NCBI RefSeq assembly: GCF_006345805.1
Contig: NC_043001.1
Location: forward strand, 620,001 to 684,000
Origin: Octopus sinensis
Lineage: Eukaryota
Direction of reading: 5' to 3'
Length of the DNA stretch: 64,000 bases
Both the position numbers and the translations under genes were made by a program. This document shows, in pieces, positions 53,429-64,000 of the stretch (the stretch's first letter is position 1; each line of letters opens with the position of its first letter). The notes under the pieces are model-generated. The model had not been told where the DNA came from, ran no database searches, and saw only the letters and a program-made list of their open reading frames with translations.

Positions 53429-53578
53429 TAGGATTGCTCGTAAACTTATCTGCAGAGAGATACATTTCTTCCTGTTGATAAGTTATATGTACTACATTTA
53501 TACTACGCTGTTTTTATTAAGGCGAGCATTTGTGCTGTGCTGCTAATAAAATTTAAATATGATAATAATATGAGTATG

Positions 53579-53613
<35 letters not shown>

Positions 53614-53806
53614 TCAGCAATTCATAGATCCCAAAAAGAAACACATGCTAAAGCATTAGAGCAGTAATACATTTTTTTCTTAAAATATGTGTGTGTGTAT
53701 ACCTATTATATTTGAGTGCGTGTGTGCATTTCACTCTCCCTCTGTCTCTATCTCTCATATATATATGAAATAAATAAAAAGTGTATCGTAAATACACCAA
53801 CGAAAA

Positions 53807-53850
<44 letters not shown>

Positions 53851-54524
53851 TTTAGCATAGAGAGAGAGAGAGAGGTAGATAGATATACACACGTTTGTAC
53901 ATTCATGCATGTGTATCGACTATGTATATGTGAGTGGGTGGAGAGAGAGAGAGAGAGAGAGAGATCATGTGTGTGTGGACATAGAGTTAAATCCAGTGTT
54001 CAAAACACACACAATCACACACACACACCCATGCATGCACACCTGCCCAAACATGACATACACATGCATTTCTGAAAAAGAATATCTGATTTCTGTTTCA
54101 TACTCGGTTATTTCCCCTGCTAACTCCATTCTTGGAATAAATCAACGAAGTCTTCTTCCTGCTACGGTGTTCCTTGTATCTGTACTTCTACCAACCATGA
54201 TAATTCTCTCATTTATCTCTCAACGTATCAGATATTAATTTCTATCTCATCTTTTTCCAATGAAATCCTATATAAATTTAGCAGTGCACTGTCATTGTTC
54301 ATATCTTTTCTTTTTCCATTTTTAGCCCTAGGTCAGCTGTGAGTAACCTGCATCTTACTCAGCCACAGTGTATGTAGAACCATGTTATCCAATTTGTCTT
54401 TTGTCTTGACTTTACCTAATTATGTAGAATGTGTTGCAAAAAAAAAAAATGATATTGCATATGATGTTGTCCTTGAAAAGTTGTCTACAGCTTTGAAAAT
54501 ATATTCATTCATTCATCATTGTAG

Positions 54525-54683
54525 GTGTAGGTGGTGGCTGTGTGGAAGGAAGTTTGCTTCCTAACCATGTGGTTTTGGGTTCAGTCCCATTGCATGGTAC
54601 CTGGGGCAAGTGTCTTTTGCTATAGCTTTGGGCTGACCAAACTCTTTTGTGTGAATTTTCTAGACAGAAACTCAAAGAAATAA

Positions 54684-54749
<66 letters not shown>

Positions 54750-54972
54750 TATATGCGTGTGCATGACTTTGTGTTCGTCCTCCACCAATGCTTAACAACA
54801 AATGTTGGTTTGTTTATGTCCCTGTAACTTAATGGTTCAGCAAAAAGAAACTGATAGAACAAGTACCAGACTTAAACATAAGTACAGGGGTCGATTTGTT
54901 TGACTAAACACTTCCAGGCAGTGCCCCAGCATGGCCACAGTGCAGTGACTTAAACATGTAACAAATAAATGA
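54525..54972 (+). mobile_element. full-length CORE-type tRNA SINE with internal (TA)n
   Basis: ggctgtgtgg.ag.aag.ttgcttcc.aacca...gggttcagtccca (A/B box), ggggcaagtgtctt (CORE-like), tail gtgccccagcatggccacag. Confidence 0.75.
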
Positions 54973-55249
54973 TAAAGCACCGTCATCGTAGTTAACGTCC
55001 ATTTTTCCATACTTGTATGAGTCAGACGGATGTCACCAAGGCAGATCTGTTGTCAACCCTCACTGGTTTCCAAATAAGGTCATATTCTCTCATGGCTGGA
55101 CATGTTTTCATGGAAGAATGGAAACAAAGGACACTGCTTGTAAGACGGTGACACTTGTTTACGACTACCAAGAGAAGGCATCAATGGAGCTACCTACATA
55201 CCTATGTATATACGTATGTGCATACATACAGTACAATATATGCAAATGT

Positions 55250-55443
55250 ACATACATACATACATACATACATACATACATACATACACACACACATACA
55301 TACATACATACATACATACATACACACACACATACATACATACATACATACACACATACATACATACATACATACACACACATACATACATACACACATA
55401 CATACATACATACATACATACATACATACATACATACATACAT
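55250..55443. repeat. (CATA)n/(CA)n microsatellite
   Basis: Directly visible. Confidence 0.95.
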
Positions 55444-56040
55444 GATGTAGCTAGGACACTATATAAGGAAATCTGTTGGAAGAAATAACCCAAGGGCAAA
55501 AAATAAGAACCCACAGTATGATAGAAGCTATAGCCATTCATAATAAAAAGGAATACTGGTGGAATGTACCAGTAAAGACCTCAATAAAATGTAAACACAA
55601 TAGACCTGATTTAATGATTTGGGACAGAGAAGAGAAACTGTGCACAGTTGTGGAAATTAGCTGCCCAGCAGATGTTAACATAAAGCTGAAGATCAGTGAA
55701 AAAGAGAACATCTATACTGAACTATTGAGAACTCTGCAGTTATTCTATCCTGATTACAAGTTCAGGTTTATACCTGTAATTACTGGGGCCTTGGGATATA
55801 TAACACACTGCCTAAATACCCAATCTTGAGAATTTAGGCTTCTCAAAACCAGAAAGGAGAAAGCTAATTCGAAGACTACAGATCCAATGAATCACTGGAA
55901 CTGTAAAAAAACTGTAAAACTTTCCAGAAGTTTATCAGTTAAGTATATATGAGCATGTCTAGATACGCAACTATGTGCATGAGAAAACATACATAAAACA
56001 AAACATACAAATCTGCATACATACATACATACATACATAC
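55441..56040 (+). mobile_element. 5'-truncated R4/Dong-like LINE, RLE domain and start of 3' UTR
   Basis: HDVARTLY...YWWNVPVKT...HNRPDLMIWD...VVEISCPAD...KISEKENIY...IPVITGALG. Confidence 0.85.
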
Positions 56041-56624
56041 AATACATTTGTATGTGGGTACAATACAATATCATACATATGTACATACATACATATTACA
56101 TACATGCATTCATCCATACATACAATGGGCTTCTTTCAATTTCCATCTATCAAATCTTCTCTTAGGGCTTTGATCAACCTGGGACTTGAGTGGAAGATAC
56201 TTGCCCAAGGTGCCATACAGTGGGACTGAACTCAAAAGCACATGGTTGGGAAGTAAACGTCTTAATAATACTACCACCTTTGTGCCTTTAATAAGATGTG
56301 ACCATTTGGTTGAAAATCCCACAATCTCTTTTCTTCTGTATTGCCATTGTATTGAAATGCAGAGAAAAATTACAAATCAAATAAAAACTGATTTCTAATA
56401 ATGGACCAAACCACAATTCCACACCATTTGGGGGGTTTTATTTGCTTTGGTGTGATAATGTTTTTTTTCTCCACTTTAAATCCATAGGCCTTGCAGTGAA
56501 ATAATGGTGATTCATAAGGTGATAATATTAACTCTAGCTGTGTTTAGAGCTGAGCAATTTGCCCAACAAAATCCATTGTTTGTTTTATGGGAATAATTGA
56601 TGATGCAAACAAATAAGTGTAGCA

Positions 56625-57230
56625 CCTTAATGGTGGAGGGAACCTGTGGAAGTGGTAGACTCACAAAGACATAGGATGAAGTGGTGAAGCACGGTCTTCA
56701 AATGTTGGGCCTCACAGATGCAATGACATGCAACCAAAACCTTTGGAGATATACTATGAAGACCTATCAAGACAAGTGAGATCGTAGTTGTGGCCGATGC
56801 CGGTGTTGTTTAACTGGCCCCTTAAAAGCACCCTTCAATCATTGGGCTTAAATGCTGTGCTTATGAAGACCTGTTGAACTGAGTGAAATCGTAGTCATGG
56901 CTGATGCCATGACCATCTGACTGGCACCCATGCTGGTGGCACATAAAAAGCATCATTCAAGTGTTGGGCCTCATGGGGGCAGTGACAGGTGACCAAGACT
57001 CTTGGTTTGTGTTGACCTGCCAAGTCAAGTGAGACCATAGTCATGGTTGATGCCAGTCTCAGATCAATGCTGGTGGCATGTAAAAAGCACCCACTACACT
57101 CTCAGAGTGGTTAATATTAGGAAGGGCATCCAGCTGTAGAAACCTTGCCAAAGTAGAGTGAAACCAGGTGCAGCCAAACCATCCAACACATACCAGCATG
57201 GAAAGCAGGCGTTAAACGATGATGATGAGG
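56625..57230 (+). mobile_element. older RTE LINE 3' end (ORF terminus plus modular 3' UTR)
   Basis: MVEGTCGSGRLTKT*DEVVKHGLQMLGLT matches the ORF end at 46253-46410, followed by the conserved tail and gatgatg. Confidence 0.8.
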
Positions 57231-57397
57231 AGGATTTGTTGATAAAACCAATGAGGAGCATATATGTAGCCATTCAAACTGCTTGAAATAGCAGCCAAAT
57301 CTATATATGTGTGTGCACAGGTGTGTGTGTTACCACCAATCAAAAAGCTGATGTTTATGTCTCAAAATTTAGTGGCTTGACAAATCTAGGCTGATAT

Positions 57398-57438
<41 letters not shown>

Positions 57439-60400
57439 AACAAACAATAGGCTCTCCTTCTACTCTAGCTGTACACCAATCTGCAGCTAGAATAGAAGAT
57501 ATTTCCTCAAAGTGTCACACTACAAAGATTGAACCCAGAGTCACACTGTTGTGAAATAAAACTTCTTTGTCACAGTGCCACACAACTTTTTATTTATTTC
57601 TTTGTTTCCCTTCTGCTACAAAAAAGCAGGGCAATGTCTCTGACTTTCAAAGGCATCACACATGAGAAGAGTTAAAGAAATTAGGAAATTATAGGAAGGA
57701 ATGTGAGTTTAGGCCAATGTTGTAATAAATGGAGAAGTAGTGAACTTCATCCATCACCCACTTTAATACCAATTATTGGTCCTCAGATATGTTTTGCAGA
57801 GTTCTCTTTATTATATATAATCAAAGCAGATCTCCAGTTTGAATGTAAACCATTAGTTATAGCGGAGTCCTTCCACTTCTGGCCACCATGGTCAAATACT
57901 TGCAAAATATCAGATGGACTTCACTTTCTCCTCTGAATAAGCTATAAATAAAGGATAAGGGGTTCCATAAAAAGATGATTTTCAGAATAAAAGGCAACAG
58001 GAATGGATTGTCTCTTGAAAAACAGAGAAATGGTTTACAACAGGTGGAATAAAGAAAAAGGTGAGTGAAGCTAGTAAAATAGAAAGAAAAAAGCCCAGTT
58101 ATAATAGTGTTTGAACACACACACACACTCACACATATAGAGAGAGCGAGGTAAGAGAGTAGTGGGTGGGTGGGTGGGGGTGACTCGGAACATTTCCTTA
58201 AACATTCTGACCTTCACAGAAGCAGTTAGTCAGCTGATTGGTTAACACAACTAATTCATCACTTTAGTCAATGAACACAAAATAAATGTTCTCAGTCTCA
58301 CTCTCTCTCTCTTTCACTGACAGTAAAGGAAATATTGGTTCAATGCCAGTTTAACTGGTATGATGATGCCACTCCTCCACATGTGCACTTTCTGCTTGCT
58401 CTGCTGGCATGCAATTAAATCTCATTCACTCTACATTTTGCTTTCTACACAGTGAGCAAGGCCAATTTCCTGTTGTTTTTGAGGAGTGGAGGCCATGATT
58501 AGTAACCAATATTTTTTTTGTTGGTCTTTTCCTCCACTACTTCCATTCAATTGAATTTAAACTCTGCTGAAGATTTCAAATATTGTTTGGGAATAATTGT
58601 TTCTTTTTAATTTTATTTTTATGCGTGTAATGTTCATTCGTGAAAATTAAGTCATCCTGCCCATTGCTCTCTCTCTGTAGGAAAACTCATGTTTACTCAC
58701 CAGAAATTCCTTTATTTGAACTAAAATAGCAAGAGGGGCAAACCTTTTAAGGAATGGCACTTGTAAGTTATTTCTTCAAACTTAATTTCCAGACTCAATA
58801 TGTGTGGGACTGAAGAAAATTTTTATCAAGTGAGAAAAGCCACAAATGTTTTTTTGTTTGTAACCAGCTTCCATTGCATTTATATTTCTATTGGGATAAA
58901 GAAGATAGAAACCTTAGTCACAAAGAGAAAAAGAAAGAATTCTGTATCTGTGACCGACAAGGCAGGCTTGCTTCTCACATAGAGTTATAATATGTTTATG
59001 TGGTTGAAGTAAATAGCAGAGAATCAGAAAATATATTTGGAAAATGATGCCAATTGTCTTTCTACCTATTTAAAATTCTGCCTGATATGTTGTAGGAATA
59101 TTTTTCACTATAAATAAATGAACGACAATAACAACAACAAAAATTGTCTTAAAGAAAAAGAAGCAAAACATTCAATGTGCAGACTTCTTCAACCTTTAAA
59201 CAAAGACTGATTTAAGAAAGTGCCGAAAAAAAAAAAAATTATGTGTGTATATGTGTGTATGTGTACATGTGTGCGCACTCACACACATGCACACACACAC
59301 ATGCACACACACACACACACACATACACACACATATGAACAATTGCATAAAGAATTTTCTCCTATAACAAAAAATATTGATGAAAAAAAATCTCGTAATG
59401 TGATTGCAAAGTATTAAATGTAAACCCAATTCTTCGTACACATGGATTATTTGTTTCGAAACAGCAATTGGTAAACTTTGCTGAATGATAATATTTTCAT
59501 GTTAAGAAGTAACAAAACAGAGGATTTAGTCGTGAAAAGTTTCATTTCCAAACTTTCTAGTCGTAACTTCTGTTTCTCTGTCGAATTGTTTTACTTTTTT
59601 TCTGATATAAATTTTTAAAAAGCTTTGTGTGCTGCAGTCGTCTTTGTTTTATCAGAAGTTTGAGGTCTATATTTAATTATTAGTTTTATTGCAAAGAGAG
59701 AAAAGAGGTGGTGATGGTCGTGGAGGAATACTTTCTCAGAAATGTGTGTATATATATTTATACATATATTTAAAGAAAAATATTGTTTTTTAGAATAAAC
59801 AAATTGTTAAAAATGAAATGAGAAGGCAGGTAGAGAGTGGAAATAAAAGTAGCTGGTTTCCCAAAAAGACAATAGGAAAGAAGTATATTTCACACACACA
59901 CACACACACTATTGGTCACACGATGATGATGATGAGTGTATATAGCAAATATATATATTCTACACATCTCTCTCTCTCACTCTCTGTATATATATATGTA
60001 TACATACATATATATATATATGCATATATATATATATATATACACATACATACACACATATATATACATTTGTTATTTATCATTTTCTAACAACTTCTTT
60101 CAGCATTTTTCTAAATAAAGCTGAACTTCTTCTGTTAAGATTCTCATAACTTATTGATTTCTATATTTTATCATACTTTTGTGTTTATTTTAATTTCTCT
60201 CTGCACATACAAATTGTAAGTTGGCAAAAATAGATGCACACATGTTCACACAGATTCGTACATTGATATTGATATATATATATTGATATATATATATATA
60301 TATTGATATATATATATATATATAAATACATATATATATACACACACACACATATATACATATTTTCATTTCTTCTCCCACTAGAAATCTTCAAGCTTCA

Positions 60401-60871
60401 TATCTACGTAAAGAAAATATAAACACACAAACACACACTCACATACAAACATACACACACTCTCTCCAACACACAAACACATGCACTCTCCCATACTCAC
60501 ATTTGCACATACACACACAGTTTGAATTATTTAGATTGACAAAAAGTTTGTTCTTTGTCACAGTCTACATGCTTAGATAGCTAAACATCATCATCATCAT
60601 TAAACTTGATTAAATCTAATTATAATCAACGATGATTAAACAAATAAATAAATTGACAGAATTGGTTGGACATCAAATAAAACTCTTTGTAATATTTAGT
60701 TCCATTCCTTTATGCTTTGTGTTTGAATCCCATCAAGCTTAACTTTGCCTTTCATCCTTTGAGGGTTGATAAAATAAGATACTGCTCAGATAGTGATGTA
60801 ACAGAATAGTCTGTCTGTCTGTCTGTCTGTCTCTCTGTCTGTCTCTTGGCCGAGTAGTGATGCAACAGCTT

Positions 60872-60905
<34 letters not shown>

Positions 60906-61389
60906 CCAGTCTTGTTAGAATTCAAGATATTTTGATTTAATTGAACTAGTCATCAATAATATAGATTCAATTAATACTGCCTAATTATCTAGATTTGAAA
61001 TTCCTTATTAAATCTGATATTGATTTTATTGACCAACATAAAATCAACTTGTTTTTGGAGTTGGTGTTTAGCCCCAGGTAAGCCTTGATCCAACATACCT
61101 ATGATCAAAAGCACTCGTGTAATGACCAGCCCCTCATTTTCCTAGGCATAACATATCTTAGAGTACACAATTCAATATGAATTTATTTGAGATGCAAAAC
61201 AGTGTGACTTAAATGAGGTTTGGCTGATAGCAGAGGCAGCTGTAGTTGATTTAGTCTACATTATTAGTTTTTAGTTTATCAAATCCAAAGAATGTGAACA
61301 GCTAATATTTGAACTCGGAATCTGGAAATATGAGACTAAATACCCTATTTTTTGAAAATTTTTCCTGACTCCTTCAAAACAAGTAGAAG

Positions 61390-61865
61390 ATAATAATAAT
61401 AATAATAATTGTGTACAGTGCTCAGGTGCACTACAACTCATCTAAAGTGTATATATAATCAGGTGTAGTTTCGACGGATTTCAGGAAGCATGAGGGCCTT
61501 AAAGGATGCAGTGTCATGGCAGTCAACAACTGATGCAGGCAGTTTATTCCACGCTTCAGCAACCCTGAGCGTGAAAAAATGTTTCCAAAAGTCATGGGAG
61601 CTGTGCTGTTTTCTGACTTTGTAGGCATGTCCACGTGTGTTAGACACATGGAGATCAAAAAGGTGTTCAGTGTTGTTGTTGGTGAGGTGGTTGATAACCT
61701 TGTGGGTGTTTACCAAGTCCGTCGCCAAACGCCGGAGCTTCAGTGAATCCATGCCCAGGGAAACAAGGCGCTCAGAATATGGTAGGTGTCTGATGGAGGG
61801 TATGCGTTTGGTTGCACGTCTCTGGACAGATTCCAGGAGGTCAATGTTCTGAGCAAGATAAGGAT
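61390..61865 (-). mobile_element. 5'-truncated CR1-clade LINE 3' end with (TTA)n tail
   Basis: LLESVQRRATKRIP...LPYSERLVSLGMDSLKLRRLATDL...TRGHAYKV...FFTLRVAEAWNKLP. Confidence 0.9.
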
Positions 61866-63632
61866 ATCCTCAGATCAGAGATCTAAATCCAGAGACTTGT
61901 GGCACTCTGTTGAAAGCACCAAATGATTAAACATGGTGACAGATTATTACAACTGTTGCTTTAGTTCCAGGTCAGCACTGAATAAGCAAATCTATAATCC
62001 AAAACATTTACCATTCTGTCATTTTTTTAATTTTGGCAAGTGGTGTATTATAGAATTACATTGTCTAATGTATATCTTTTCACTTTATAATCCTTTATCA
62101 TGTGATTGAAAGAGATTTAGCTGCTATTTCTTGCAGAATGAACAGCCATTTTGATCGTCTCTGGATCAAAATAATCTAAATTTACATTTCAGCCATTTCC
62201 CACCTGCTTTCATGAAAGCATAAATTCATGGGTATTTTATTGAACTCTCAGAGCTATAAAATTTTTCTATAATTTAGCTGAAAATAATTGGTGTTTAGCA
62301 TAAAAGATAATTATACATATATATATATATGTATATATATATAGTCTCACATTAGGCAGACTTGTATTTCAAACTGACAAAATAGTTGGAACCTGAAGTA
62401 ATAATAATAATGAAAAAAAGATAGAATTTTTAAAGTTTTCCAAAGTTACTGTAGACTATGTTATTAAATTGAATAGTTAGTAACAATAGATAAATTATAA
62501 AATATATTTTTATTCAGCAATTATCCAGGGAAAATACATGTTATCTTCTTGATGCTTTCCCTGCTTCCTCCAACTTTTTGTTTAATACTGAAAATAGTAC
62601 TTTTATGTTTATTTTCCTTTCCTGATTATTTTATACATTTTGGTCTCCAGAATGTCCAAATATTGTAGAATTCCGATCAAAGACTAGAAATAAATTATTG
62701 CCTTTCTATGGCCACCTCCCATAAATCAATGCCAACTGTCTTGAAGCATGACAGTAGAGAAGAAGGGGATGCCATAATATTGCTTCCTGTTTGATTAAAC
62801 ACAAAAGACTCAGTTATTTTTGGTAGTGGAAGAGATAACAAGAGGATATTGTAATAATATTAAAGTCTTTTTCAATGACTTCAGCTTTTTTAATACCAAC
62901 CCAGTAGAGTTCCCTTACTGAAGAAATGTCCATATTAAAATAAAAACCTCAATAAAGTCTCTTTATAATGTGAAGGAGTAATTTGAATTGGTTAGGGTTA
63001 GCCTGACATAGTTGTTAGATGAAAGGAAATAATTGACGTCATTATCCTACAAAGCCTTTCAAATGACAGGATGGCCATGGCTAGACTTCTTCTAACCATA
63101 GGTCTGTTTCATCATGGGTGACCTTCATCAAACAACAAGCCACATGAAGAGAGAGAAAGACAGATAGATAAATAGCTAATCTGTGTATATTATAAATGCA
63201 AAACAACACCACAGAGGGATCAATGTAAACTTAAATGATAAACCTTGATAGGTGAACAGTGATAGGTAATCTGCAAAAATGGTGAGGGATTACTGTATAT
63301 ATAAATTTATATTGTGGACTCAGTATATAGCAGGTTTCTCTGGCCGATGAGTATTTATATTTTTTTAGATTTTAATTATTTCTGTAGTAAAATAAGAATG
63401 TTCATGCCTAAAAATTGATAAATTAATAAATATAAATACAATACAGTCCTGCTGTGTATAACACATTAATTAAAATACGTAATGTACTGCAGATGATTAA
63501 ACAAAGAGTCACACATACTGTATGCAAAACAAAAGTAGGAAGGTGGAGTGTGTGCTGTTGTTTTGCATTCATATTAATATATATATATTTTTTTTTCTCT
63601 CTTTGTTTCTCTCCTTGTTTCTTTTCTGTGTA

Positions 63633-63670
63633 TCTTTCTGTCGAAGAGCGTAGGCTCGAAACGTAAAAGA
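63633..63670 (+). ncRNA. minimal type I hammerhead-ribozyme-like motif in a ~180-bp repeat (63590-63770)
   Basis: TCTTT-CTGTCGA-A-GAGC-gtag-GCTC-GAAA-C-GTA-AAAGA: 5-bp stem I, 4-bp stem II, ACGT palindrome as stem III. A6 is replaced by U. Confidence 0.5.
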
Positions 63671-63787
63671 CTTTTTCTATTTCTATTCCTGAACGCTATA
63701 CTAATACATTTGTTTGTTTGTACTCCACCTGCCTTCGTCTTTTGTTTATTTTCGTAAACTTTCCTGTTTATATATATATATATATAA

Positions 63788-64000
63788 AAAATTGCAGCGT
63801 GGAGGGTGTTTATAAGCCATTTAAGAAACACACAAAACCGTTAGATTCACTTCAACATTTAAATTTAATTTGGCAAAATATTTTCATCGCTTTGAGACCG
63901 CGACCTATTCACTGGCAAAGCTTCGTGCTGCATCAATAAAGCTTTGTCAGTGAACAGGTCGTGGTCTCAAAGTGACGAAAGTATTTTGACAAATTAAATT
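63788..64000. mobile_element. palindromic element (probably Penelope pLTR-derived), truncated by the window end
   Basis: Arms 63862-63923 and 63939-64000 are reverse complements with 7 mismatches in 62 bp around a 15-bp spacer. Each arm holds a hammerhead-like fold. Confidence 0.75.

Overview
AT-rich, microsatellite-dense eukaryotic DNA. The SINE and LINE families look like those of octopus or another coleoid cephalopod; this is my recognition, not a database result. No intact host gene, rRNA, tRNA gene or CRISPR array is visible, so the window reads as intronic or intergenic transposon debris. Recognisable elements: a young RTE LINE (44988-48150, minus, one in-frame stop, tandem-expanded 3' UTR), a second internally deleted RTE copy and many RTE 3'-tail fragments, R4/Dong-like and HERO-like restriction-endonuclease LINE fragments, CR1 and I/Jockey-like remnants, a Penelope RT with an internal inversion, an internally deleted Chapaev3-like DNA transposon with both ends, and two tRNA-SINE families. 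The most interesting signal is three hammerhead-ribozyme-like folds. Two are minimal type I motifs at 63.6-64.0 kb, one showing a compensatory G3-C8 swap inside a palindromic element. The third has a canonical core and sits in the HERO-like 3' UTR. A few microexon candidates and an RFX X-box are noted at low confidence. Boundaries of old repeats are approximate.
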